A stretch of DNA of 64,000 nucleotides from Octopus sinensis (taxonomy: Eukaryota), in NCBI RefSeq assembly GCF_006345805.1, contig NW_021833422.1, positions 11,413 through 75,412 of the forward strand. Reading direction: 5' to 3'. The position numbers and the translations under genes are program-made. Under the pieces are notes generated by a model that worked only from the letters and a program-made list of their open reading frames with translations, was not told the origin of the DNA and searched no databases. Shown piece after piece: positions 1 through 12,879 of the stretch. The first letter of the stretch is position 1. Every line of letters begins with the position of its first letter.

Positions 1-166
1 AGTCGATTACATCGACCCAGTGCGTAACTGGTACTTATTTAATCGACCCCGAAAGGATGAAAGGCAAAGTCAACCTCGGCGGAATTTGAACTTAGAACGT
101 TGCGGCAGACGAAATACTGCTAAGCATTTCGCCAGGCGTGTTAACGATTCTGCCAGCTCATCGCCC
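1..166 (-). mobile_element. SINE family B, partial copy (window edge)
   Basis: Reverse complement of the B consensus (ggcgagctggcagaa...gagttcaaattccgccgaggtcgactttgcctttcatcctttcggggtcgat) seen at 11713 and 32231. Confidence 0.85.
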
Positions 167-477
167 AAGTTGTCTTGAATAATGGTAGACAGAAAGTCAA
201 AAGTTGTTATTTTTTTTAATGACAAATGGCGTTAGTTGATCGTCTTGAATGATCCTAGTCCCAACTGCAAAACCAATCTTTGGATTGTTATCTTTCCTTT
301 CCAAAAGGAACATAGTCAGAAGCTAGCGTTTTGTCTTCTGGAAATTCATGCTCAGACGCAGGCATGGCAGCTATATTTACAAAGCCCGCTTTACTATCGC
401 TTGGTTTCTGATTCACTTTTACTGCATTGTGCATTAGGCAAGTATTTTCTATTAGAGCCCCAGGCCAATCGCCCGGT

Positions 478-546
478 CTGAGATTCGAACCTGCGATCCC
501 TCGACCGCGAGTCCGCTGCTTTAACCACTAGGCCATGTGCCTCCGC
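478..546 (-). mobile_element. SINE family C tRNA-like head fragment
   Basis: rc ggaggcacatggcctagtggttaaagcagcggactcgcgg...ggttcgaatctcagac; A and B boxes. Confidence 0.75.
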
Positions 547-1264
547 TTTGGTCTTTTAGTGTTGTTAAAATTAAGAAGCATCATTATGTTCCATACGACA
601 AACATCAAGATTGGTAAATCCGAATTCAGTCTTATTGAAGCTTCAATCACTTGAAGAGTGACCCGCTGTTCATGGCCCCTCCGATTTTAGCGCACATGTT
701 CTAAGGCCTGTTCAGTGTAGGTGACGTCATTCCTGATGGATCTGACTGCCCTGAAACAGATGTAGTGACCAGGACACAAACTTTCGCAATAAAGAGTAGC
801 AAACATAGATATCAAGGAAGTCAAGAGGGCAGTAATATAATATGATATATATATATATATTTTTGCCCGCTGAGTAGACTGGCAAAACCGCTAAACTACA
901 AATCTCCACAACAATGTTAGAGATGGGTACTAGTGGATTACTGACTGGAACTCACCGTCTTAAGGATCACAAACATATATATTAATTTTGGTACAAAGCA
1001 AGCAATTTGAGGGGCTGTGTTCAGTTTTGAGGGGTGAAACTCAGTCAATTATTTCCCCAGTTCTTCACTGATAGCTTATTTTATTGACCCAGTTAATGAC
1101 TGGTGCTTTGTTTTTATCGATTAGGAATCGATAAAAAGCGAATTGGCGCAATTTGAATTCAGAACGTAAAGACTGAAAAATTGTCAAGTATTTTGTCTGA
1201 CAAAGTAACGAATAAGCCAGCTCGCCGCTTAAAGGGTTATGAATAATCTTTCCTGCTATAAGCA

Positions 1265-1468
1265 CAAAGTCTGAAATTTAGGGGTGGGGGAGGAGGCTAG
1301 ACGATTACATTGACCTTAGTACATACCTGATACTTATTTTATCGACCTCGGAATGGATGAAAGACGAAGTCGACCTCGGTAGGATTTGAACTCAGAACAT
1401 AATGACGGACGTAATGTCGCTAAGCATTTTGACTGTCACGCTAAAGATTTTGTCGGCTCACCGCCTTA
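1265..1468 (-). mobile_element. SINE family B (tail type 2), diverged
   Basis: Similar to the copy at 4155-4366. Confidence 0.7.
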
Positions 1469-2634
1469 AGTCCTCCTAACAATGGCCACACTAAAATCGG
1501 AATTGAGACTAGAACATCGTCGTCCAGTCCGCCATTCCCCTCGGCCCTATTTCCCGCAATAATCTCATACTCAACCGAGCAGAGGAAGGGGCCTCGATGA
1601 ACCTGATTTAAGAATTTTAATAGCCTCAAAATCTCGCGAACGTATGTCGACTTGAGTTCACTATACAAGGTAAAATATGGACACTATGGTCGCAGTTGTT
1701 ACGGCTTTGATCATTAGAGGCGCTCAGTAAGGGTCGACCTAGGATTAAACAGCTACAGCAATAATACTCTGAACAACAAGAAAAATACCCAGAAAATAAT
1801 AATCTACCTAAATATGCAGATTAATTGATAAAATTGTTATTAATAACAATTTCAAAACATTAATATCATTAAAACGATATTATTGAAAGCAATAAAATAA
1901 AAAAAAACAACAACAACAATTACTACTACTACTACTATTACTACTACTACAACTGCGTCGATAATCGTGAAACACTGTTTAATCCGTTGTTAAACAAAGT
2001 TTACGTTGTTTGCACCGAATGAACCCGCTCTATCATTTCGTCCGTGATAAGAACGTCACCACAATAGATCTGTGACTTCCTGTTCAACGTTGTATCTCAT
2101 TCTTAAAATGGCTGCCGTCTGGAGGAAATAGCGATTGTTCTAGGCCACACAATGTCCACACTTAGCTGCTGCCTACTTCACAGCTTACTTAAGTGGGATA
2201 AACTAACGGCAATCATTCCAGAATAATGCGTGTTATTTGCGTATGTGAGTGTACCTGTGTGTGTGTTTGTGTGTGTGAGGAGGCGGTGCCGTACTTGTTG
2301 AGGACAAATATGTGTAGATGCAGAGGCGTGTGTGAGTATAAGCGCAGATACTTGTGTTTTTACATCCACACATACACGCAAATACGAGTGTGTGTGTGTG
2401 TCTGGATGTCTGTGTATATGTGTAGGTGCTTGTATTTATCTACGCTGGAATATATAAGAATTCTTTTCATTCTTACCATTTCTCTTCCCACCTGACTCTC
2501 TTATATATATATATTTATATATATATGTATATATATAGAGGTGCGTGTGTGCGAGCGAGCGTGTATATGTGCGTGTCTGTGTGTGCGTATGTGTGCCCTT
2601 TTTCACATAATTCTATACAAAAATTTATTTTAGA

Positions 2635-2838
2635 TTTTGGCACCAGGCCAGCAGTTCCGGAGGCAAGGCAAAGTCGATCAAATCGGCCCCAGTGCTCGGC
2701 TGGTACTTATTTCATCCACCCCGAAATAATGAAAGACAAAGTGTCGATCTCGGTGAAATTTGAACTCAGAACGTAAAGACGGACGAAATGCCGCTGAGCA
2801 TTTTGCCCGGCGTGCTAACGATTCTACCAGCTCGCCGA
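2635..2838 (-). mobile_element. SINE family B, diverged
   Basis: tttgaactcagaacgtaaagacggacgaaatgccgctgagcatt...ccagctcgcc. Confidence 0.75.
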
Positions 2839-3299
2839 ATTAAAACTGTCAAATGTTGAATTGAAGAAAGCGATGAGTTGGCAGAATTGTTAGCACACCG
2901 GACGAAATGCGTAGCCGTATTCAGACTTGAAGAACTTTAGTCGAACTAATCAATCCCGGTGAGTTATTTACTTTTTAAGGCTGATGCTTATTCTATTGGT
3001 CTCTTTTGCCGAACCGATAGATAATAGGGACATAAACACACCAACACCGGTTGTCGAGCGGTGGTGGTGGACAAACACAGACACAAACGCACACACGTTA
3101 ATTCTTTTATTTGTTTCAGTCATTTGACTGTGGCCCCAGAATTTATTCTTTGTAAGCTTCGCATTTATTCTATCGGTTTCCCTTGCCGAACCTTTAAGAT
3201 CAGTTGTCAAGCGTGGGTGTTAGTGTGTGGTGGTAATGGATACAAACACAGTTTATGCTCATAAATTATAGGTAAAAGCATGAGTTTATCAAGAATCAA

Positions 3300-3471
3300 A
3301 ATTTAAAGAAAACAGAAAATAGAGAAATATTGATGACCAGCAATTGACTTACATCAATTATTTATTAATTCAATACAAATGCAGTCTATTTGTGCTGAAT
3401 TAATAAAAGATAATTGATGTAAGTCAATTGCTGGTCATCAATATTTCTCTATTTTCTGTTTTCTTTAAATT
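3300..3471. repeat. Near-perfect long palindrome (fold-back)
   Basis: aatttaaagaaaacagaaaatagagaaatattgatgaccagcaattgacttacatcaatta mirrored at 3411-3471. Confidence 0.9.
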
Positions 3472-3547
3472 ATACACACACACACACACACATACACATA
3501 TATATATATACACACACACAGACATATATAGATATACACACACACAT

Positions 3548-3578
<31 letters not shown>

Positions 3579-4008
3579 AACACACATATTTATACACACA
3601 TATATATATATACACACATACGCACATATAGATATACACACACACATATATACACACATACACATATATAATCAGACATACACACATACACACACACACA
3701 CACATATATATGTTCGTGTGTGTATGCATATGTTCGATATTACAAAGGCCTGCTGGTTAGGGTGTTTGTTCGCAAGGTCGTGGTTTCGATTCCCAAACCG
3801 GGCGCTGGGTTGAGTTCTTGAGCAAAACACTTCATTTTACGTTGTTTCAGTCTACGCACTTTGCAAATGGCTAAATCTGTCGCGGTCAAGTGTTCCGCTC
3901 AGGAGAAATGCAGATCTGCTCGACTGACCAACAATGCGAGGCAACAAATCGTGACCGGCGATGCATAACAAATATCCGATAGTCTGGTCGAGACACTGGT
4001 ACAGAAAA

Positions 4009-4043
<35 letters not shown>

Positions 4044-4154
4044 CGTATATACACACGCATATATATAAAGATCCAAGGATCGAAGTGTAGGAAGCTAGTA
4101 AGTTTCGAGGAATCTGTAGAAGGTATAAAAAACGACTTTCAGGACAAACATTAT

Positions 4155-4366
4155 TTTCTATTATAAGCACAAGGCCTGAAATTTTGAGGGAGGGGGCCAG
4201 TCGATTAGATCGACCCCAGTACGCAACAGGTACTTAATTAACCTTCCCCAAATGGATAAAAGGCAAAGTCGACCTCGACGGAATTTGAACTCAGAACGTA
4301 AAGACAGACGAAATACCACCAAGCATTTCACCCGGCGTGCTAACGATTCTGCCAAATCATCGCCTT
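4155..4366 (-). mobile_element. SINE family B (tail type 2)
   Basis: Full head and central domain; tail ggccccctccctcaaaatttcaggccttgtgc. Confidence 0.85.
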
Positions 4367-4873
4367 AACTTTGAGGACAAATATTGGTTTATTGACGTAG
4401 AAGGTTGTAAAGTTATTTTAGAGTTCACGGTTAACAATTGGGGTTGCTGCGTAAGTGAATAAAAATCCAAATTTAGGGAATGGAGCCGATAAAATCCAAG
4501 CTCCATATGTTTTCTAGTTAGCAGGACCTCGGAAGTTGTAATTACTCAACGAAGAGTACTCCACTAGGTACTCCCCATGCCGAAGATACCTTAGTTAAAT
4601 GAAGGTTATATTATTGTTAAGGAATCCCAAGTTAACTCGCAGGAGATCTGATTGAGAATTTAGATATACATACATATATACAAACACACATACATATATA
4701 TATATAAAATATATACATGCACACATATATATACAAACACACACATACATACAAACACACAGATAGGTGGGTAAATAGATAGATGGATAGATAGATAGGA
4801 GGGTGGGTAGATAGGTGGGTGGGTAGATAGACAGACAGATAGACAGTCAGATAGACAGACTGATAGACAGACT

Positions 4874-4943
<70 letters not shown>

Positions 4944-5281
4944 AAGGAGGAAACATAAATTAAAATCTTGAGCAGTACTTGTTTAGCTCTTCATTCGGAT
5001 GAAACGTGCCTAACTAAATTGTCCAGTGAAAGCCATATTAAAATGACTTCCCGCTGCCTGTCCAATTTGTAAATCCAAAGTTCAAATGCAAAATACAGGA
5101 ATAAATTTAGTCTAAAGCCACAGAATATAGTAGAATTACACAAAGAATGGAAAATTACGTATTCTTTAATTCACTTGCGCATTTCGGATAGATTGGCATT
5201 TCAAAATTCTGCGATGCAGAAGTCATACATATTAATCGATCTTAGAGGATCAAATTGGGATCGATTAATATGTATGATTTA

Positions 5282-5322
<41 letters not shown>

Positions 5323-5744
5323 TGTGTGTGTGTGAATTAGAATGGTACATAGAGAGATACTTATTAGATATGTAATGTATAGAGATTTTAGAGGGATTAA
5401 AGCCACTCTTAATGACCTGTACGGACACTGTTTCTTGTTATGCAACCATGATATATTACAAAATATATTAAACGTTTTTATAAGACAATACTGTGTTCTA
5501 CCGTGTTAGCAGTGCTCTTACATCAGTTGTTGAGATTATTTCTGCAGTTTTTCCATTGAAATTAAAGCTAACACTGACTTTTTTTTTACGATGTTTCGTA
5601 TCCCAGACGCCTGATACGTACGATACGTCGTAATAAAAAAAGATGATGGCTATAATTCCTATCTAAAAACCTGTAGAGATAACGGTAACAAGTAGCCCTT
5701 TATTTCAGGGTTCGAAGATACTGCAGCCATCAGCAATTGCTGAT

Positions 5745-6140
5745 AGGCGTAGGAGTGGCTGTGTAGTAAGTAGCTTGCTTACGAACCACGTGGTTCCGGG
5801 TTCAGTCCCACTGCGTGGCACCTTGGGCAATTTTCTTCTAATATAGCCTTGAGCCGACCAAAGCCTTGTGAGTGGATTTGGTAGACGAAAACTGAAAGAA
5901 GCCTGTCATATATGTGTGTGTGTGTGTGTGTGTGGTGTGTGTGTATGTGTTTGTCCCCCCAACATCGCTTGACAACCGATGGTGGTGTGTTTACGTTCCC
6001 GCAACTTAGCGGTTCGACAAAAGAGACGGATAGAATAAGTACTAGCCTTACAAAGAATAAGTCCTGAGGTCTATTTGCTCGACTAAAAGCGGTGCTCCAG
6101 CATGGCCACTGTCAAATGACTGAAACAAGTAAAAGAGAGA
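5745..6140 (+). mobile_element. SINE family A (tRNA head, CORE-like domain, internal microsatellite)
   Basis: A-box tggctgtgtagt, B-box ggttcagtccc, CORE-like gcaccttgggcaa, tail gactgaaacaagtaaaagag; many copies in the window. Confidence 0.9.
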
Positions 6141-6864
6141 GAGAGGGTAAAAAGAGAGAATAAGTAATGCTACTCGCTTCTCTCATACCAGTTTTCTACA
6201 AATGGTCTTTTTGCCTTGTTCGAAATGATTTCCAGTAAATAGTTCTTCAGATTTTTCATAGCATTTGGCAAAGACTAGCAATCCCCCGCCCCCGTGAAAA
6301 TGCGTGGCAGACTGTTTAGAATGTTGTATTCATAAGCCCCCAAATTTGTTCCAAATCCTGGGCCTCTCTAACAAGGGAATCTCTCCAGGAAAATGCACAT
6401 CCTTTACATAGCTAGGACTGCATCCCAAAGACTAGCCCTTCATTTCAGGGTCCGAAGATACTTCAGCCATCAGCAGCTGCTGATGGCCTACAAGACTCAA
6501 GTAAGGCCCACAATACAGTATTGTACCCACATATACGCACAATAATACCCTGGACCCTCTCCTGGTCCAGCCGGATGATTGTTGTTTCAACTCTACTCGG
6601 GATCCCTGCCCTACTCACGTGCCGTTTCCTGTCTTTTCTGTCGCTACTCTAATTGCCTTTGTTTCGTGGAACTGAATGGTCCCGTACATCCATCACCCTT
6701 CACCCTCAATCTTTCTTCTCCACAGCAGCTCCTGGAATTTTCTAGTTCATATCTTACCCGAAGGTATCACGGAACATTAACGGTGCCAGAAGGAGAACCT
6801 GTCTTTCATATACATACATTACACACACAGTCACACACATACACACATGTATATACATATACTC

Positions 6865-7075
6865 TTTTACTCTTTTACTTGTTTCAGTCATTTGACTGCG
6901 GCCATGCTGGAGCACCGCCTTTAATCGAGCAACTCGACCCCCGGGACTTATTCTTTTGTAAGCCCAGTACTTATTCTATCGGTCTATTTTGCCGAACCGC
7001 TAAGTGACAGGGACATAAACACACCAGCATCGGTTGTCAAGCAATGCTAGGGGGACAAACACAGACACACAAACA
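6865..7075 (-). mobile_element. SINE family A, 3' half
   Basis: rc of the A tail (cttgtttcagtcatttgactgcggccatgctggagcaccgcc). Confidence 0.85.
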
Positions 7076-7354
7076 TATAGCTAAATATAAATACATACAT
7101 ATATACATACGTACACATAAAATCAATTTTCTAGTTCAAAGTCGATAAATAAACCACCAGTTCAATATTTGGTCGATTCTTCCCCACCTCTGTTTCCCTT
7201 TTCTTTTTTATTTTCTGTAGACGACACAGGATGTGTTCAGATCGGGATAAGTCGGGTTTCCTCAAGATTAAAAAAGAAGCCAATACAAGTCCTATGTTGT
7301 GACTGCCTTACATATCTATGTCTCCTTATGGATTTAAACATTCCCCGTATACTT

Positions 7355-7691
7355 ACACGCACACACATTTGTGTGTATATATGTGTATATATAAATGTAT
7401 ATATAAATAAGTATATATACACACACACATACATATGTATTATATATATATGTGTATATATATATACACACACACATACGTATGTATTATATATATATTT
7501 ATATATATATATATATATATACATACACACACACATACGTATGTATTATATATATATATGTGTGTGTATATATATATTTATACATATATGCACACACACA
7601 CACGTATACCTGTATGTATGTATGTGTGTATATATATATATATATTCACACACGTATACACACATACACACACACACACACCACACACACA

Positions 7692-7735
<44 letters not shown>

Positions 7736-7750
7736 ACACACATACATATG

Positions 7751-7790
<40 letters not shown>

Positions 7791-7800
7791 GCATACATAC
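7355..7800. repeat. Compound (TA)n/(CA)n microsatellite, representative of many similar tracts
   Basis: Direct inspection. Confidence 0.95.
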
Positions 7801-8174
7801 ATACTTAGTTTTGGGGTTTCCGTATGTGTATGTGCTTCGGTCATTACTAGTATTATTGTTTGTACGTGTTATGCCCAGTAAAAAATATCAATTGTTTTGT
7901 ACTCAACGACCCTGGAATCAGACGTGCCTTAAGTAAATACAACTTCACTCCTGCCTGTCATATTCGCTATTTCCACTCTCTTATTTTCTCTTTCATTATT
8001 TGTAATCTCAATAGTTTTTATTGGGATTGTCATTACCGTTGGTATTGGTGGTGGTGGTGGCCGTTGTCGTCTTGAGATTCTGGCGCCATTGTTGTTGCTG
8101 TTCTTGTTATGTTTAAAGGACGGAATGATATGACTATTGGAGGATGGTCTCCGGTTTGTGTTGCATTGTTTGTT

Positions 8175-8470
8175 CCTTCTCTAGCCATGCCTGGCTCATA
8201 AGGGCCGGTTTCCCGGTTTCCTTAACGTATAGGTTCCCCACCTGGACGGGACGCCGGTCCGTCGCAGGTGAGCTGCAAGATGCAGGAGGAAAGAGTGAGA
8301 GAAAGTTGTGGCGAAAAAGTCAGCAGAAGTTTCGCCATTACCTTCTGCCGGAGCCGCGTGGAGCTTAGGTGTTTCGCTCATAAACACACACATTGCCCGG
8401 TCTGAGATTCGAACCCGCGATCCCTCAACCGTGAGGCCGCTGCTCTAACCACTAGGCCATGTGCCTCCAC
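8175..8470 (-). mobile_element. SINE family C, full length
   Basis: Closely matches 22071-22365 and 43220-43511. Confidence 0.9.
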
Positions 8471-9094
8471 TTTGTGTTGCATGCTTTCCTTGTTTCTAAT
8501 TCTCTATTTATTGAAATAGAAGTTTGCATTTTGGGGCAAAACAGCAAGGTACTGGGTTCAGTTCCTCTGCGTGGATCCTTGAGCAAGTGTCTTCTATAGC
8601 ATCGAACCAACCAAAGCGTTGTGAGTGGGTTTTGTGGACGGAAACTAAAAGAAGCCCGTCATATATTAGTATGTGTGAGAATCTGTGTCTGCATTTGTCC
8701 CCCACCACCGCTTAGCAACCAATGTTGCTGTGCTTACGTCTCTATAACTTAGCGGTTGGGCAAGAGCGAATCGATTGTATACTTACCAGGCTTTATAAAA
8801 AATAATTACTGGGGCCTATTCGCTCGATTATAAATTCTTCAAGGCAGTGCTCCAGCATGGCCGCAGTCTAATGACTGAAACAAGTAAAAAGTAAGATACA
8901 GATACGATCCACCCGATGGGCTTCTCTGCAGTTTCCCCCCACGAAGTACTGGCCGTCACTAGGCAATAGAAAATAAGAGTGGGTTAACACGACACCCTGC
9001 TGGATTGAACCCGGAACTTTTCATGGGTTCCACCTTCGACAAGAACCTATTGTTGGTCCAGAAGCCCTATAAGTACAGGCATGTTTGAGCAGTC

Positions 9095-9782
9095 CGCGAA
9101 TTTTTTTTCCCACGAGAGTTCCGGACCCCAGTAATGAATTCATTTGCATGCAGCCCGTCAGAGCTCACCTTGAAAATCCACATACCGTGTACTACTACAG
9201 CGCAGCCAGTCAGGCATAGAATGGTGCATGTCACTCTGTGAATACAGCATAACAGGTCTCACAGAAGCATCACATTCTCACCCCCACCACACTGTCCTCA
9301 TAGATCAATTGAGTACCATCTCTATATGGAGCTAACCTTAGGTACCTATGCTCAGACTGAGATTAGTAATACTGCATATACATATGTACCCAATGAGGGC
9401 ACAATACAACCCAACGTCATTTTGATTACGATGTTTCCAGATCAGCACCAACATTTAAAATTAGGAATGTACAAAATCAGTCAAAAAATTAGGAAAATAC
9501 ACTCATTTACATTTTCTAGTAAATTACGCAAATTGGCAACACTTCTGGCATCATCGGTGAGCAGCTCTCCATTCCCTTTATACACTAAATTTCACATTTG
9601 TCACCCCTATTAACCCGTTTAGATCAATTAGATTTTGCTATAAGGCACATTTTCCTGTGAACTCAACCAGAGTATTTTCGTGACTAGGTGGACGCTAGTT
9701 TGATAGCTGAGATCTGATTGGCTGTATGCAAACGAGTTCATAACTGGGGTCCGAAACTCTCCTGAGGAAAAAAATTTCGCGA
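9095..9782. mobile_element. Non-autonomous DNA transposon with ~80-bp imperfect TIRs
   Basis: cgcgaatttttttt...ccggaccccagtaatgaattcatttgcatgcagc mirrored by gctgtatgcaaacgagttcataactggggtccga...aaaaaaatttcgcg. Confidence 0.7.
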
Positions 9783-10218
9783 GCGATCCAGAAGCTCGAC
9801 TCTTAAGGAAGGGGTTTTGGGATCAGTCCCACTGCGTGGTACCTTGGACAAATGTCTTCTACTATAAGCCCGAGCTGACCAATGCCTTGTGTGTGCGTGT
9901 GTGTGATTGTGTCCCACCATCACCACCATCGCTGGATAACAGGTCTTGGTTTGTTTCTATCCCCGTAACTTAACGATTCGGCAAAGAAAAAAAAAACAAT
10001 AGAAGAGGTAACAGACTTAACAAATACTTGGGTCGAAGTGTTTGGCTAAAATCCTTCAAGGCAGTGTCCCAGAATGGCCGCATCCCTGGTGACTGAAACA
10101 AGTCAAAGATGAAAGGCATAGACATGTGCAAGTATGGAACTGAAGCGCTAAGCAGTGACGTGTGTGAATATAAAGTCGTTACCACTATGCCATATGCCCA
10201 CCGGCATATGGCGTAGTG

Positions 10219-10529
10219 TGGAGGCGCAATGGCCCAGTGGTTAGGGCAGCGGACTCGCGGTGGGAGGATCGCGGTTTCGATTCCCACACCGGGTGTTGTG
10301 TATGTTTATTGAGCGAAAACACCTAAAGTTCCACGATGCTCCGTAGGGGGTGGTGGCGACCCCTGTTGTACTCTTTCACCCCAACTTTCACTCTTCCTGT
10401 TTCTTGAGTAACGCTGCGATGGACTGGCGTCCCGTCCAACTGGGGAAACACATATGCTATACAAACCGGGTAACCGGGCCGGACCATGAGTCAGGCTAGG
10501 CTTGAAAAGGGCGCATAAATAAAATAAAA
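10219..10529 (+). mobile_element. SINE family C nested in the A-box of SINE D, 13-bp TSD
   Basis: atatggcgtagtg at 10206-10218 and 10530-10542. Confidence 0.85.
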
Positions 10530-10666
10530 ATATGGCGTAGTGGTTAAAAGTGCGGGCTACTAACCCCAAGATTCCGAGTTCGATTCCAGGCAGTTACATG
10601 AATGATAATAATAATAATATCGAAAGATACCTTAGGAATGAGAACCCAGGTTCGAAATTTCTCCAA

Positions 10667-10712
10667 GACACCTGAAGAAGGCTGGAGAGTATATCAGCCG
10701 AAACGTTGTGTT
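10667..10712 (+). ncRNA. Type I minimal hammerhead ribozyme motif
   Basis: gacac-CTGAAGA-a-ggctg..cagcc-GAAAC-GTT-gtgtt: stem I gacac/gtgtt, stem II ggctg/cagcc, core present. Confidence 0.75.
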
Positions 10713-11712
10713 AACAACAAACAAGATGAGGACAGATATCCATCAAATGTAAATAATGTAAAGAATGTAAATAACGTACATAATTCCTCATCTCTTAAAT
10801 ATAGAACTGTATTAAGTGGTTACCAGTTCAAATATGCTAGAGGCATGTTCGAACCAGTAACAAGGCCATTTACTATGTGTGTGTGTGTGTGTGTGTGTAC
10901 GTGTTTCTTTTGAGTTGTCTATTGGTTAGAATGCTGGGTTCGATCCCTGGATTAGGAGTGACTGAGAGGAAGTGGCATGAGGAATGTTTATATCTCCTGT
11001 TAAAGCGTGTTTGTTGTTCGCGTAGGCGGCTGCGCGCGCGCGAGCGTCTGTATATATGTGTGTGTGTGTGTGTTGTGTGTGTGTGCGTTTATGTTTGTTA
11101 TTGTGTGTTATGGTCCGTATACTCATTTGTGTACATAAACAGGCAATAAATTGCAAGCATGCTGTGTTTAGCGAGCTAAATACTAAGTCAGATCGTTGTG
11201 ATAAGAGCGATCTAACGGTTGGGGGTGGGGGTGGGGGTGGGGGTGGAAGTGGTTGAGCTTTTATACAAACAAATCTGTAATTCACCAATTAAAGAATTAA
11301 CCGATTGACGTGCAAATTAAGGCGTTGGTTCTTTTCTTCTTTTGCTTTCACTTCTTAGCATTCCTTTCCTGATTTGTCTTGTATTTTGGAATGACTATAA
11401 CGAAGCCTTTAATGCTATCTGTGGATCAAAAGACAATTTTAGGGCCGTAGACGTGCTTCGATTCACAACAGAAGGATTCAATTATTTTTTTTTCCAGCAT
11501 GAAACTGACGTTTGCAAAGGTTTACCAAGATTATAATATGATTTATTAATAGTTATTATTATTCCTGGGGTTGGTTTACGTCTACCCATCGAATCATGGG
11601 GTGATAAAATGTTTCTATGTCTGTGATAAGATAAAGACATGTGGCCCAGTGGTTCGAACGTTGCATTCAAGATCGTGATATCACTGTTTCGATTCCTAGA
11701 TCAAGCAGTGCT

Positions 11713-11945
11713 AAGGTGGCGAACTGGCAGAAACGCTAGCACGCCGGGCGAAATGCTTAGCAGTATTTCGTCTGCCGCTACATTCTGAGTTCAAATTCCG
11801 CCGAGGTCGACTTTGCCTTTCATCCTTTCGGGGTCGATTAAATAAGTACCAGTTACGCACTGGGGTAGATATAATCGACTTAATCCGTTTGTCTGTCCTT
11901 GTTTGTCCTCTCTGTGTTTAGCCCCTTGTGGGTAGTAAAGAAATA
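11713..11945 (+). mobile_element. SINE family B (tail type 1), full length
   Basis: B-box gagttcaaattcc; tail gccccttgtgggtagtaaagaaata. Confidence 0.9.
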
Positions 11946-11948
11946 GGT

Positions 11949-12773
11949 ATTCTGGTTTCTTGGTAACGGTGTATCTCGAAGCAGATAAAGCTATAAATAA
12001 TAGCGAGTAAATATCGAGTTTAAAATCCCTTGGTTTGGCAAAAGGGGATGGCTGCCCGCGTGACACGAACCTATACCCCTACACATCACATACACAAATA
12101 CACAAATCTTTTAGCTGTAGTTATTAAATCTTTAGTCAATAACTATCGACAAAAACAGTCTTTAATCGATGACGAAAAATAAAATATCCACTTGGTTTTG
12201 TGAGTAAATACTTTAATGACAATCTAAATGAACTTAGGGTTTCTCAGAAACAGAATTCAACGAACAATCTAGATAAACATTACAAATACAATTAAGCGGA
12301 ACAGTAAAAATATGCAAGACTTTCCTTAAGTTTACTATGTGGCATTGTTGCTGTTATCTACATTCCAACGATGGGGTTATGTGGCTTTGTTAGAAGCCAA
12401 ACCTTTCCTCAGAATAGGAATTTAAGTAACTAAAAACAGAAGAGATATACATACATACATACATACATATATACATATTCTCAAGTTTATGATGTGACAT
12501 TGTTTTTGTTAACTACATTCCAACGATGGAGCTTTATGTCTTTGTTAGAAATCAATTCGTCCTCAGACGAAGAATTCTAATAGTTAAAAACAAAAGAGGA
12601 CACACACAACACACACACACACATACGCACTGACATGCACACACACATACTAGCAGCACTATGATGAAATGCAACCCTGACCCTCGCCTGCGCCTACATA
12701 TACTCGATATTTACTCGCTATTATTTATAGCTTTATCTGCTTCGAGATACAACGTTACCAAGAAACCAAAAAT
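11949..12773. mobile_element. MITE-like element with ~70-bp TIRs and an internal tandem duplication
   Basis: tggtttcttggtaacggtgtatctcgaagcagataaagctataaataatagcgagtaaatatcgagt mirrored at 12702-12768. Confidence 0.8.
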
Positions 12774-12879
12774 CGTACGTGCAAATGAAAAGGCGTTCAC
12801 ATCAAGTGACTCTCACGCAAAATGGCAGCTATCTGAAATTGTATAAAAGAATGAATATATATATATATATAATATATAT

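Larger units (their letters stand above)
10203..10810 (+). mobile_element. SINE family D (tRNA head + hammerhead), interrupted by a SINE C
   Basis: Head ggcatatggcgtagtg|gttaaaagtgcgggctactaacccc...gagttcgattcc; body matches 18011-18270. Confidence 0.85.

Noticed and set aside
4540-4590. Hammerhead-like hairpin gaagagtac..gtactc
   Set aside because: Both the CTGA and GAAA boxes are missing
7169-7936. Long ORFs rich in Y/I/H/T/C/V (here and at 14, 21, 25, 46 and 59 kb)
   Set aside because: Stop-free translations of TA/CA/CTAT microsatellites, not genes
10531-10600. tRNA gene (also other tRNA-like heads)
   Set aside because: Poor acceptor stem and always fused to a repeat body, so these are SINE heads
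11342-11536. Possible host exon after a pyrimidine tract and AG
   Set aside because: No recognisable protein and no supporting neighbouring exons
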